DNA of 64,000 bases, from positions 3,552-67,551 of the forward strand of contig DATENH010000055.1 in the NCBI GenBank assembly GCA_035275145.1. Reading direction: 5' to 3'. A program made the position numbers and the translations under genes. The stretch comes from Steroidobacteraceae bacterium. GTDB taxonomy: Bacteria > Pseudomonadota > Gammaproteobacteria > Steroidobacterales > Steroidobacteraceae. The notes below the pieces were generated by a model. It was not told where the DNA came from. It did not search any database and saw only the letters and a program-made list of their open reading frames with translations. Shown one piece after another: positions 1-9,405 of this stretch (positions within the stretch are counted from its first letter, which is position 1; every line of letters starts with the position of its first letter).

Positions 1-219
1 TTCACCAACGAGCTGGGGACCACCGACACCCAGATCTGCGGGCTTGCGGCCGGCAGCTATACGGTCGCTGAGCAAATGCCGAATGGGTACATGCAAGTCG
101 CCGTGTATGTGAATGGACAGGCGATCGATAGCGCCAGCGCTCTCGTGACGCTCGGCTCGGGCAGCGTGAGCGGTGATCAGACCGTGCTGTTCGTCAACAG
201 GGTGCACAATCCAAGCTGA
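1..219 (+). CDS. partial CDS (3' end only): Cna-B/SdrD-B-like repeat protein C-terminus
   Basis: Frame 1 is open from the window edge to TGA at 217-219. The tail '...GSYTVAEQMPNGYMQVAVYVNGQAIDS...VLFVNRV' resembles prealbumin-fold Cna-B-type repeats. The 5' end lies outside the window. Confidence 0.4.
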   Translation, partial: FTNELGTTDTQICGLAAGSYTVAEQMPNGYMQVAVYVNGQAIDSASALVTLGSGSVSGDQTVLFVNRVHNPS

Positions 220-486
220 GGCCGGAGCCGCCTCCAGCAGACCGAATTTCACGTCGCCTTCACGCCTGCGATGCCGCGCGGCTCACGGTGGCGCAGCCGG
301 CTGGGTGAGAATCGATATGACATCATCCGCAATAACTGCGAGCACTTCTGCGAGTGGTGCCTGAGCGGAGTCAGCCGGAGCCGGCAGCTCGAATCATTGC
401 CAGCGCGCCTGGGCGCGGCGACCATTGCGATGCTGGACGCAACGGCAACCTGGGCCTATCGCGCGCTCCAGCCGGCCTCTATCTGA
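220..486 (+). pseudogene. 5'-truncated LRAT/NlpC-P60-like acyltransferase remnant
   Basis: Track ORF 271..486 encodes '...[25 protein letters not shown]...'. This is the C-terminal catalytic-Cys block (NCEHF) of LRAT-family proteins. The N-terminal His-containing half is missing. The same frame runs straight back to the stop of the upstream gene. Confidence 0.5.
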
Positions 487-497
487 CGGGCAGCATC

Positions 498-1181
498 ATG
501 CAACTCAATGCAGATTTCTCGCAGCGCGCGGCGGTTCATGCAGCGATGCTCGAATGGACGTCTTCGCCCATCGCCGGCGTCGAGCGGCGCATGCTGGATC
601 GAATCGGTGGAGAGGTGGCGCGGGCCACCTCGATCGTCCGCTACGCTCCCGGTTCGCGCTTCTCTCGCCACACTCATACGGGCGGAGAAGAGTTCTTCGT
701 TCTCGAAGGTGTATTCCAGGACGAGCATGGCGATTATCCCGCCGGCTACTACGTTCGCAATCCGCCGACCTCCGCACACACGCCAGGCTCGGAGCAGGGC
801 TGTACGATTCTCGTCAAGTTGTGGCAGTTCGATGCGGCAGATCGCGTGGAGGTGCGCGTTGACACTACCCAGCGCTCGTACCGACGCGATCCGTTGCGCG
901 CAGGTGTCGAAGTCATGCCGCTCTACCAGGACGCGCATGAGGCAGTGGCACTCGAACGCTGGCCGGCGGGCATTGAAGTCTCTCTGGAATCGCCCGACGG
1001 TCTCGAGCTGCTCGTTCTGGATGGCGATTTCGCCGACGCGAGTGACGTCTTCCGTTATCAATCGTGGCTGCGGCTTCCGCCGGGATCGGCGGCGCGAGCG
1101 ACGGTGGGTCTGCAAGGCTGTCGGGTGTGGATCAAGACCGGGCACCTGGCGCGCGCACGGCTTCAATGCGTCATGGCGTAG
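498..1181 (+). CDS. cupin-domain protein (ChrR-like anti-sigma/cupin_7 type)
   Basis: Internal ATG at 498 of track ORF 354..1181. Double cupin-like pattern '[33 protein letters not shown]' with high GC3. Confidence 0.7.
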   Translation: MQLNADFSQRAAVHAAMLEWTSSPIAGVERRMLDRIGGEVARATSIVRYAPGSRFSRHTHTGGEEFFVLEGVFQDEHGDYPAGYYVRNPPTSAHTPGSEQGCTILVKLWQFDAADRVEVRVDTTQRSYRRDPLRAGVEVMPLYQDAHEAVALERWPAGIEVSLESPDGLELLVLDGDFADASDVFRYQSWLRLPPGSAARATVGLQGCRVWIKTGHLARARLQCVMA

Positions 1182-2008
1182 ACCACGACATTGACGCCGA
1201 TCATGTAAGCCTTGGTCGAGAAAGTTTCGAAGTACCACTCCCCATACGCTTCCCGCTCCCAGCCATCGCCCATGTCGGTATTGTGCGTTGCGAGGACCAT
1301 GACGCGTCCGTCGTCGTCGAGCCAGGCTCGCATGTGCGGCTCGTCGAGCGAGCCGAGCGGGTGCTTGTGCCCGCCGTTGTACTCTGCTGTGGAGCGTCCC
1401 GGCGCGGCAAAGTCGACCGCCGGAATCTGCGGCATCTCGTCGATGTCGAACACCTGATGGAAGATCGGATGGCTCGGCGTCAGCGGTTGCCAGGTCCGAT
1501 CGGGCAGCACCTGGTGCATCACGTTCTCGAACTGTCGCCACTCCCCATCGCCCCAGAAATCGTCGACCCACAGGAATCCGCCGTCCTCCAGGTAGCGCGC
1601 CAGGCCGCGGATCTCCGGCTCAGAAAGCACCATCCATCCCGGATCGGACATGAACAGCAGCGGATAGTCGCCCAGGTCGGGCGCCGTCAGGAAGCGGGTC
1701 GCAGTGGCTGGGTTGACGTGAATGCGCGTCAGCTGCGCGAGGCGATGCGTAAGATTGTCATCGGCACCGGGGAAGTCCGTCTCCCACCGCGCCCAGACGC
1801 GACCATCGTAAGCGTAGTACGCCTCGCCCATGCCGCCTTCGCTGCCGTAGATCGCACGCACGAAATTCAATGCCGACAGGTCGGGCTGTACGGTGGCGCG
1901 CCCACCGTCACCGGTGATGAGGTTCAGCGGCGCGAAGGCACTGAGCGCGAAGAGCAGCCCGCGCCATGAGACGCGCCCGGTCCGGCCCTCGAGAAGTCCA
2001 AGGCTCAT
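1163..2008 (-). CDS. DUF4159-like protein
   Basis: 281-aa ORF with an N-terminal hydrophobic segment and a central block '[40 protein letters not shown]' typical of DUF4159. Family recalled from memory. Confidence 0.75.
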   Translation of the reverse strand: MSLGLLEGRTGRVSWRGLLFALSAFAPLNLITGDGGRATVQPDLSALNFVRAIYGSEGGMGEAYYAYDGRVWARWETDFPGADDNLTHRLAQLTRIHVNPATATRFLTAPDLGDYPLLFMSDPGWMVLSEPEIRGLARYLEDGGFLWVDDFWGDGEWRQFENVMHQVLPDRTWQPLTPSHPIFHQVFDIDEMPQIPAVDFAAPGRSTAEYNGGHKHPLGSLDEPHMRAWLDDDGRVMVLATHNTDMGDGWEREAYGEWYFETFSTKAYMIGVNVVVYAMTH

Positions 2009-2147
2009 GCGTGATTCGCCGTCGTCGTGAGGTCGCTGGAGGCCGCTACTTCCTTCGTGCGAGCGCTCCGCGAGTTTCCGACGAATCGATGCGGGAGGGT
2101 GCTTTCTGAAGGAATCTTAAGGTGGACGCCAAGCTTTGCGGGTTGCG

Positions 2148-2669
2148 TCACGGAGTCTGCCGCCGGACGATGGGATGTCGCAGCAGCGCCCACACAATGA
2201 TCGGTACTCCGACCGATGCAGGCAGCGCCCAGTATGTCCAGGGCGGTAGCTGATTGAGCGGCGGCAGCTGACTGCCGTTGTCCACGTAGAAGGCGACGAG
2301 CATCAGCACGTACGAAGATCCCATCCCGGCTATGTGGACGCGTGCCCAGGCTCGTATTCGCCGCCGCCGAGCTGCGCGCCCGGCAAACGCCGCCACAAAC
2401 GCCAGCGCACCGAGAATGAAGAGGTGATATGCATGGGCCCAGCGCATCACGCTCAAAGCGGTCGCGGACAGGAACAGCGACGTCAGCAACCAGAAGTACA
2501 GCGTGCCGAACCTCGGGTGTCGGCCGGGCCCTTTCGCGCTGAGCATGGCGAGCAAGCCGGTGACCGCCGCTGCGAGGCCGAGCAGAACATGGATAGCCAC
2601 GATGCGGAGGAACAGGGGATCGCTGGATGGGATCACGAACCCGGCGATCGTCGTAGCGTCCCCGTTCAT
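2148..2669 (-). CDS. integral membrane protein, 4-5 TM, unknown function
   Basis: Internal ATG (MNGDATT...) of track ORF 2148..2747. The start was chosen because the longer form would overlap the MFS gene ending at 2680. Strongly hydrophobic helices. Confidence 0.55.
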   Translation of the reverse strand: MNGDATTIAGFVIPSSDPLFLRIVAIHVLLGLAAAVTGLLAMLSAKGPGRHPRFGTLYFWLLTSLFLSATALSVMRWAHAYHLFILGALAFVAAFAGRAARRRRIRAWARVHIAGMGSSYVLMLVAFYVDNGSQLPPLNQLPPWTYWALPASVGVPIIVWALLRHPIVRRQTP

Positions 2670-2679
2670 GCGCGGCTTA

Positions 2680-3897
2680 TCACGACCCGCTCGCTGCGCG
2701 ACGATAGCGCCAGAACGCGGGCAACAGCGGCGCGCATGCAATGACACCGGCCACGCAAATCACGCCGCCCCAGAGGATCGCGTTGGCGGAACCGAAGCGC
2801 TGGCCCATGTAACCGGCGCGCGCGTTGCCGAGCAGAGGGCCCGTCATGTACGAGAGCTGCTCGATGCCGGCCATGCGGCCGCGAATCTCCGTAGGAATCG
2901 TTTCGTTCCAGATCGTCATGCGAAACAGGCCGCTGACCATGTCGGCCGCACCAGCCAGGGCGAGCCAGAGGACCGCGACCGCCAACGTGTTTGCGAAGCC
3001 GAGACCGGTGATAGCGATGCCCCAGCCGATTGCCGCGAGCACAACCGCGGCGCCATGGCGCGCAACGTGCTTCGACCAGCCGCTGAACAACGTGACGAGC
3101 AGACTGCCGACGCTCATCGCGGAATACAGGTAGCCGATGGAGTGGGCACCGCCCCAGCGCGCGGCCAGTGCGGGGAACAGCGCCATCGGCATCGCGAACG
3201 TCATCGCGACGATGTCGACGACATAGGTGCCGATCAACTCCGGTCGGCCCGCGGCGTAGCGGAAGCCTTCGCGGATACTGGCGAAGCTGACGCTCGGCGC
3301 CGTGTCGGGCGGCGGCATCGCGCGAATCGCGGTCAGCGCCGCGAGCGAGATCGCGAACGAGGCGGCGTCGATGACGAACGTCGCGGCCAGGCCGAAAGCT
3401 GCGATGCAGAGCCCGGCGAGCGCCGGCCCGGCGATTGCAGCACTCGTTCCTCTGAGGGACGTCAGCGCGGAGACAGCAGTCAGGTCCTGGCGCTCGACGA
3501 GCTTCGGCGTCAACGATTCCAGTGACGGCACGTGGATGCCGCTGATGCCGGACATGAGCGCGGCGATGATGAAGATCGCCGTGACACTCGGATGCGGCAG
3601 CAGCGAGTTCACTGCTAACGCAAGCGAGCAAGCCATGAGCAGCGTTTCGCACCAGCGCAGCAACTTACGGCGATCGAATGCATCCGCCAGCACGCCGCCC
3701 CACAGAGCGGTGAGCGCGAGCGGCACGAGCTGAACAGCGCCCAGGGCACCGACCATTGCGGACGATTTGGTGAGACCGAAGAGCTGCACCGGCAGTGCGA
3801 CGTAGGTGAAGAAGTTGCCGAGCGCACTGACGACCTGGCCCAGGAACAGGAGCCGGTAGTCGCGATGGCGGCGCAGCGGGGAAATGTCGAGCAGCAT
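2680..3897 (-). CDS. MFS transporter (EntS/enterobactin-exporter-like)
   Basis: Internal ATG at 3897 (MLLDISPLRRHRDYRLLFLGQ...), a typical MFS_3 N-terminus. About 12 TM. The upstream part of the 549-aa track ORF is Arg-rich junk that overlaps the next gene. Confidence 0.85.
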   Translation of the reverse strand: MLLDISPLRRHRDYRLLFLGQVVSALGNFFTYVALPVQLFGLTKSSAMVGALGAVQLVPLALTALWGGVLADAFDRRKLLRWCETLLMACSLALAVNSLLPHPSVTAIFIIAALMSGISGIHVPSLESLTPKLVERQDLTAVSALTSLRGTSAAIAGPALAGLCIAAFGLAATFVIDAASFAISLAALTAIRAMPPPDTAPSVSFASIREGFRYAAGRPELIGTYVVDIVAMTFAMPMALFPALAARWGGAHSIGYLYSAMSVGSLLVTLFSGWSKHVARHGAAVVLAAIGWGIAITGLGFANTLAVAVLWLALAGAADMVSGLFRMTIWNETIPTEIRGRMAGIEQLSYMTGPLLGNARAGYMGQRFGSANAILWGGVICVAGVIACAPLLPAFWRYRRAASGS

Positions 3898-3905
3898 GCG
3901 CGATC

Positions 3906-5057
3906 CTAGCGCGTCGCGAGCCGGAACGAGAGCAATCCGGCCGTGGATACGATTGCCAGCAGCGCAAGTCCCGACCGCAACGAGAACCCTGCATTCAACC
4001 CGGCGGCGAACAGTGCCGGCGCGAATGCTTTGGCGAAGAAGCTGGGGCGCGCCAGAGCACCGAGCAGGGCGCCCTGTTGTTGTGCGCCGAAGAGCTCGGC
4101 GGGCACCGTGCCGCGCGCAATCGTCAGAATGCCGTTGGATGCGCCATAGCAGATCGCGAACAACATGCCGAAGGCGAAGACAGCAGGAATGAAGTTGAGC
4201 AGGATCATGCCGAGCAGCGCCAGCACACAGGCTGCGTAACCGACACCGATCGCAGAAGTCCGTCCGGCGAAGAACCATTCGACGATCCGTGCCAGCACCT
4301 GCATCGGACCGATCATCGCTCCGATCCACACCGCCTGTTCGACGCTGAAGCCGCGCGTGCCCAGCGCCGGAATCATGTAAGCGGAAAGCGCGCTGAAGAC
4401 GAACGTCGCCGCCGCGAAGGTCGTCGCCAGCCAGGCAAAGCGTCGATCCCTGGAATACGCCTTGACCGCCGGCGCGGCCGCTCGGCTCGGCCGCTGCGCG
4501 TTATCGCTGACCGGCAGCACCAGGCGATGAATCGGCATGCAGATGAGAACGTGAAGCGCGGCAAAGACGACGAGCGTCGCGCGCCATCCCCATCTGTCCG
4601 CCAGCGCGTGCGAGAGCGGCCAGAACACGGTGCTGGCAAAGCCGCCGAACAGAGTCAGACCCGTCACCGACCGGCGATAGCTCTCGGGCGCGATTTGATA
4701 GAGGCTCGCAAACGCTGAGTCGTAGAGGCACGCCGCCATGGCGAGGCCTGCGAGCAGCCAGCCCAGAGTGAACACGAATGGATCGTGAGCGGCAGCGATC
4801 ACGACGAGCGCGATTGCAGCGGTGATCGAGCCGACCGTCATCACGTCTCGTCCGCCGGCCCTGTCGACGCGTCGTCCCAGCGCCGGAGCCACCACGCCGG
4901 ACGCAAGCTGTCCGAGCGTGAAGGCACCGAAGATCATGAGGTCATTGAACCCCAGCTCCTGCCGGATCGGCGCGGCGAGCACAGTCAAGGCGTAGTAGAG
5001 CGAGCCCCAGCTGATGATCTGGGCAATGCCGAGCAGCGCAATGGTTCTCCAGAGCAC
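3906..5057 (-). CDS. MFS transporter
   Basis: 383-aa ORF with 12 hydrophobic segments and the MFS loop motif 'GRRVDRAGGRD'. Confidence 0.85.
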   Translation of the reverse strand: MLWRTIALLGIAQIISWGSLYYALTVLAAPIRQELGFNDLMIFGAFTLGQLASGVVAPALGRRVDRAGGRDVMTVGSITAAIALVVIAAAHDPFVFTLGWLLAGLAMAACLYDSAFASLYQIAPESYRRSVTGLTLFGGFASTVFWPLSHALADRWGWRATLVVFAALHVLICMPIHRLVLPVSDNAQRPSRAAAPAVKAYSRDRRFAWLATTFAAATFVFSALSAYMIPALGTRGFSVEQAVWIGAMIGPMQVLARIVEWFFAGRTSAIGVGYAACVLALLGMILLNFIPAVFAFGMLFAICYGASNGILTIARGTVPAELFGAQQQGALLGALARPSFFAKAFAPALFAAGLNAGFSLRSGLALLAIVSTAGLLSFRLATR

Positions 5058-5146
5058 TGTTAAGCGGGCGCGGGCGACAGCATGCAGGAGCGAATACTAG
5101 CATCGGCCCTTTGACTCGCGCCGACGACGAGTGTACGGACTGATCG

Positions 5147-5365
5147 ATGAGACCCATCCTGCCGGCGATTGCGGCGGCCTTGCTATTTGGCGTGACCACG
5201 CCGATTGCGATGGCACTGCACCTGGCCGCGTTCGAGCTTGCCGGCCTGCTGTATCTGGGCGCTGGCCTCGGGCTGGTAGCGATTCGCTGCATTCGCGATC
5301 GCGGCTGGACGGCCACGGGCCTCGAGCGAGCCGATCTCAAGTGGCTCGTCGGCGTCATACTGCAC
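5147..5365 (+). pseudogene. 3'-truncated EamA/DMT transporter remnant
   Basis: 'MRPILPAIAAALLFGVTTPIAMAL...AGLLYLGAGLGLVAIRCIR...ADLKWLVGVIL' matches only the first two to three TM helices of EamA permeases. Similarity is lost where the convergent AraC gene ends (5355). Confidence 0.45.
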
Positions 5366-6323
5366 GTGATTGCGACGGATCGTCGGGTGCGGACGTACGC
5401 CACTCGCTCGCAGTCCGTCCCGTGGCCGCTACGACCAGTCGCCCGAAATGCGTGACGTCACGAAAGCCGCACGACAATGCGATTTCGGTGATCGTGCGGT
5501 GCGCGTTCGCAGGCTCGCGCAGTAAACGCATCGCGACGGCCGTTCGGCGCCGGATGATCTCGCGCATCGGACTTGTGCCGCGTTCTGCCATCACAACTTG
5601 CAGATAGCGCAGTGAGATGCCGACATCGCGTGCCAGCCGCCGTGGATCGAACTCCGGTTCGGAGAGCCGTCGATCGATGGCGCGGCGCGCCCTGGCGAAC
5701 AGGGCAGCACGGACGGCAGCGAGCGGCGGTTGCCGGTCTTTCATCCGGCGCGCCAGAGCATGACCCACGAGGGTGGTCATATGCTCAGCGACGTCGTTCG
5801 CGGCCGACTGCAGCGAATCCGCTGCGGATGCGACCGACATCACGTAGTCGCGCAGCAGCCCGGCAAAAGGATCATCTGTGCGCAGTACCAGGCCGTGGGC
5901 GAAGCTGGACTCACGGATCGGCGCTTGCAACGACCTCCGTGGAATGGCGATACACAGGTGACGTGCCGGAGTGGAGCAATCGAGTACGAACGGCCGCCTC
6001 CCATCGACGATGAACAGATCGCCTCGCCGGATGCACGTCGCAACGTCGTTGCAAACGAGTCCGCTCTCGCCGGCGACCTGCACATTGAGGAACAGCAGGT
6101 CGGCTTGCGAACCGGCCAACTCCTGCGCCCCGCGGTGAATACGATGGCCGCCGGCGCGAACGTCGCTGAGCGCGAGATCCGCGACGGGATAGCCGTACAA
6201 CTCGGCGACGAAGGACTCCGCGGTTCGTTCCGGCCGCAGCGGCATGAACTGGCTGCAGACTGCAGCGCGCCACAGCTCGAAGGCTTCGTCGGGACGATGA
6301 GTTGCGGATGAGAAGACCAGCAT
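5355..6323 (-). CDS. AraC/XylS-family transcriptional regulator
   Basis: C-terminal double HTH '...LARDVGISLRYLQVVMAERGTSPMREIIRRRTAVAMRLL...ITEIALSCGFRDVTHFGR'. Confidence 0.85.
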   Translation of the reverse strand: MLVFSSATHRPDEAFELWRAAVCSQFMPLRPERTAESFVAELYGYPVADLALSDVRAGGHRIHRGAQELAGSQADLLFLNVQVAGESGLVCNDVATCIRRGDLFIVDGRRPFVLDCSTPARHLCIAIPRRSLQAPIRESSFAHGLVLRTDDPFAGLLRDYVMSVASAADSLQSAANDVAEHMTTLVGHALARRMKDRQPPLAAVRAALFARARRAIDRRLSEPEFDPRRLARDVGISLRYLQVVMAERGTSPMREIIRRRTAVAMRLLREPANAHRTITEIALSCGFRDVTHFGRLVVAATGRTASEWRTSAPDDPSQSRAV

Positions 6324-6371
6324 GCGCGCTCAGCCGAATCGCAGTGCGCGCTCGTCCGGCACTGCTTCAAT

Positions 6372-7277
6372 TTGGATGTCTACAGTAACACCTGGCTGCG
6401 TCACGACAGCAAACGAGCGAGTGATTTTTGCATGGACATCGATCTGCAGGGTGTGTGGATGCACACGAACCTGACGCCGCTCGAGCGGCCAGCCGACGTG
6501 CAGGCGCTCGTGGTCACGCCGGCGGAGGCGGCGCGGATCGAAGCCAGGATACGGGCGAAATTCGACGATCCGAATCGGCCGCGGGAGCCCGCGGAGTACT
6601 TCGACCGGCTGACGATCGAGCCGGTCCGCGGTGAGTTGCACAGTTCGATCATCACGGCGCCGGCGGACGGCAAGCTGCCCGGCAACGATCGGTTCAAGCA
6701 GTTGGCGCGCCAGTTCGGCGGCGGCGCGCTCACGGCCTTCGACGGTCCGGAACAGCGGCCGCCATCGGAGCGCTGCCTCAACGCGCTCAGCGCCGCTCCG
6801 CCCGTGACGCTCGTGCCGTCTTCGGATCTGCGATTGATCGTGCAGACACCCCGGGCGATCGTCATCGTTTCGGAAGAGCTGCATGAAGCGCGCGTCGTCC
6901 GCATGAATGCCGAGCACGCACCGGCCGCGGTCACATCATGGCTTGGCGACGCGATCGGCTGGTGGGAGGGCGATACGCTCGTGATCGAGACCACGCAGTT
7001 CGCGCCGACGAGCGCGGCATGCGCGGGTCCGAGCAGCTTGTTCTTCGTTTCGCCGCTCACGGTTGTTACCGAGCGCATCCGGCGTGTGTCCAAGGACGAA
7101 ATCGACTATGCCTTCAAGGTGGAAGACCCCACCTATTACACGCAGCCGTGGCAAGGCGAGACAGTCTTCCACCGCTCGGACGCGCAGATCCTCGAGTACG
7201 CGTGTCACGAGGGCAACTACTCGCTGCGCTACGTACTCGAGTCGGCCAGAGCGTTGGAGCGCGCGGCTGACAAGTGA
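6372..7277 (+). CDS. conserved hypothetical protein
   Basis: 301-aa ORF with good GC3 and the C-terminal block 'PWQGETVFHRSDAQILEYACHEGNYSL'. No signal peptide is seen. The start is uncertain (alternative ATG at 6432). Confidence 0.6.
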   Translation: MDVYSNTWLRHDSKRASDFCMDIDLQGVWMHTNLTPLERPADVQALVVTPAEAARIEARIRAKFDDPNRPREPAEYFDRLTIEPVRGELHSSIITAPADGKLPGNDRFKQLARQFGGGALTAFDGPEQRPPSERCLNALSAAPPVTLVPSSDLRLIVQTPRAIVIVSEELHEARVVRMNAEHAPAAVTSWLGDAIGWWEGDTLVIETTQFAPTSAACAGPSSLFFVSPLTVVTERIRRVSKDEIDYAFKVEDPTYYTQPWQGETVFHRSDAQILEYACHEGNYSLRYVLESARALERAADK

Positions 7278-7298
7278 TCCATCATCCTGGAAGCCGCT

Positions 7299-8273
7299 CT
7301 AGCTGCCGCGAGCCGCTTTGGCCCTGCGCTTCGCGGGTTTCTTGCGCTTTGCAGCTTTGCTCTTCTGTGCCCTGCGTTCAGCGAGCGAGATGGGTTCGCC
7401 GGCGCCGGCTGAAGTCACGACGGCGTTCTTCGCCAGGCTCTTACGCAGTACCGCCATGAGGTCGATGATCTTCGCACTGCCTTCTGCCGCTTCGTCAACC
7501 GCCTCTTCCAAGCCGCGCTGGTGGATGACGTCCTCATCCTTCTTCTGCTTCGCTTGCGCGAGCTCCAACAGCGCCTGTGCATCCTTGTCCTCGAGCTCCG
7601 AGAGATCGAGCTTGGTCTGCTTCAAATCCTCGATGGCTTGCGTGAAGTGGCGCACTTTGCCGGCAGCGGCCTTCTTCGGCTTCGGCAGGCCAATCGACTC
7701 GGGTGTGCGGATCTCATCTGCATAGCGCAGCGTGTCGGCACGCAGAACTCCGTTGTCGGCGATGATCGCGACCAGGTACTCGTGGCCACGCATGACGAAG
7801 CTGCCGATGCCCACTCTGCCGGTTTTCTCCATCGTGGTTGCCAGCAGGTTGTATGCCTTGGCGGTTTTCCCGGAGGGCGCCAGGAAGTACGGCTTCTGAA
7901 AGTACATCGCCGGTATCTGTTCGAGCGGCACGAAGCCGCGCAGCTCGATATCGCCGGACATCTCGGGGGCGACCGATTCGAACTCCTCATCCGTGATCAC
8001 CACCATCTTGCCTTCGTCCGTCTGGTAACCGCGCACGAGCTCGCTCTTGTTGAGCTCCTTGTCTTCCTTCGAGCAGTGATACTCGCGACCCAAAGCGTGA
8101 CCTGCTTTGTCTACGAGCTTCATTGCCGTCTGGCGCGGTCGCACAGCGGACATGAGATCGACCGGGATGCTCACCAGTCCGAAGGTGATCGTTCCGGACC
8201 ACATCGAGCGAACCGGCGCGCCGACTGTATCGATGGTCTCTTGCGCTCCGCCGTTGTGCTTCTGCTTAGGCAA
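7299..8273 (-). CDS. ku: Ku protein (NHEJ DNA-end binding), paralog 1
   Basis: 'MWSGTITFGLVSIPVDLMSAV' Ku N-terminal signature and a Lys/Arg-rich C-tail. The track start is TTG at 8273, preceded by AAGGAG, and it overlaps the upstream ku by 8 nt. An alternative ATG lies at 8204. Confidence 0.9.
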   Translation of the reverse strand: MPKQKHNGGAQETIDTVGAPVRSMWSGTITFGLVSIPVDLMSAVRPRQTAMKLVDKAGHALGREYHCSKEDKELNKSELVRGYQTDEGKMVVITDEEFESVAPEMSGDIELRGFVPLEQIPAMYFQKPYFLAPSGKTAKAYNLLATTMEKTGRVGIGSFVMRGHEYLVAIIADNGVLRADTLRYADEIRTPESIGLPKPKKAAAGKVRHFTQAIEDLKQTKLDLSELEDKDAQALLELAQAKQKKDEDVIHQRGLEEAVDEAAEGSAKIIDLMAVLRKSLAKNAVVTSAGAGEPISLAERRAQKSKAAKRKKPAKRRAKAARGS

Positions 8274-9048
8274 CCTTCTTCTCCTTTACGGCTGCAATGC
8301 TGGCTCGCAGGCTTTCTGCGAGACTCGCTGACGGCGCCTTCTTCTTGCGTCGCACGGGCTCCAGCTTCTCGCCGCGCGCTTTCGCCTCGATCAGCTTGTG
8401 CAGACGTTCCCGATACTCGTTCTGCCACGTCGAGGGATCGAAATCCGTTTCGATGGAAGACACGAGCTGCTGCGCGAGTTTCAGTTCGCTGGCTGCAGGC
8501 TCATTCGCCTTGGCGGGCTCGATCCCCGAGAAGCTCAGGACCTGATCGGCGCGCCGCAGTGTCGAGAGCATGAGGTACCCGTCGATCGAGCTGAGCGCAC
8601 CCACATAGCGCTTCTTGCGCATGACCCAGCGTGCGACGCCGACCACCTTTTTGCTGTGTAGCGCCTCGGCCAGCGCGAAGTAGTCGCTGTCATCTGCATC
8701 AGGGCCGAGGTAGTAGGGACGGTCGTACCACTGATCGCCCAGCACTGAAGGCGCAACGAAGCGGCAGATCTCGATGTCGCGCGATTCAGGGGGGACCAGC
8801 TTCTCAAGATCGTCGGGCTCCAGAATCACTGCCGTGGTTCGATCCAGCGAGAATGCCTTGCGCATGTCGTCCCTGGAAACGTCCTTGCCCGTGTCCTTGC
8901 GGACGATGTGCTGCTCCACCGGCGCGCGATCCTTCGCGTGCAGCAGGTGGAAGCGAACCGTCCGGTCTTCGATGGCGGAGTACAGCTTGACGGCGAGCTC
9001 CTGTTTGCCGAGCTGCAGATTGCCTTTCCAGATGGCCCTAGCCGCCAC
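8266..9048 (-). CDS. ku: Ku protein, paralog 2
   Basis: 'RAIWKGNLQLGKQELAVKLYSA' plus 'YDRPYYLGPD' Ku core motifs. GTG start at 9048, which overlaps the upstream Zn-ribbon ORF by 11 nt. Confidence 0.9.
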   Translation of the reverse strand: MAARAIWKGNLQLGKQELAVKLYSAIEDRTVRFHLLHAKDRAPVEQHIVRKDTGKDVSRDDMRKAFSLDRTTAVILEPDDLEKLVPPESRDIEICRFVAPSVLGDQWYDRPYYLGPDADDSDYFALAEALHSKKVVGVARWVMRKKRYVGALSSIDGYLMLSTLRRADQVLSFSGIEPAKANEPAASELKLAQQLVSSIETDFDPSTWQNEYRERLHKLIEAKARGEKLEPVRRKKKAPSASLAESLRASIAAVKEKKVA

Positions 9049-9268
9049 GGGCAGTCTCCTCCTGGTCCTCGCAGCCTTCGCTGCAGACGACGCACACGAT
9101 GCCGCGCTCCACGTGATGCCTCACGCAATGCGGACAGCTCGGTTCGTCGCAGTCAGGGCAGCGCACCTCGATCTCGTACGCATACAGCTGATGACAGTGC
9201 GGACACTGTTCCTCGCCGCCCAGCCACCACGAGTCGGATTGTTTCACCAGTGTTGCACTCTTCGACAT
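9038..9268 (-). CDS. small cysteine-rich zinc-ribbon protein (76 aa)
   Basis: Four CxxC pairs (CPHC, CPDC, CPHC, CVVC) plus one extra Cys. GC3 is acceptable. Its stop lies inside the start region of ku paralog 2. The SD is weak. Confidence 0.55.
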   Translation of the reverse strand: MSKSATLVKQSDSWWLGGEEQCPHCHQLYAYEIEVRCPDCDEPSCPHCVRHHVERGIVCVVCSEGCEDQEETARGG

Positions 9269-9405
9269 TCCGTAAGCAGAACGGAGCTATGCGTTCCCGG
9301 TTCCTGGTGTCGAGAACTCCCTACACGAGCCAAGACGCAGCCAAGCAACGCAACCGGGACAACCTGCAGGGCGTTCGTTCCGGAGGACACCTCAGGAGAG
9401 ACTTC

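Noticed and set aside
9279-9296. Inverted repeat GAACG-N8-CGTTC just upstream of the Zn-ribbon/Ku unit, considered as a LexA/SOS box.
   Set aside because: The spacing matches none of the LexA consensus forms I know (CTGT-N8-ACAG, GAAC-N4-GTTC, GTTC-N7-GTTC). It is only a 5-bp arm sitting where the RBS should be, so evidence is insufficient.
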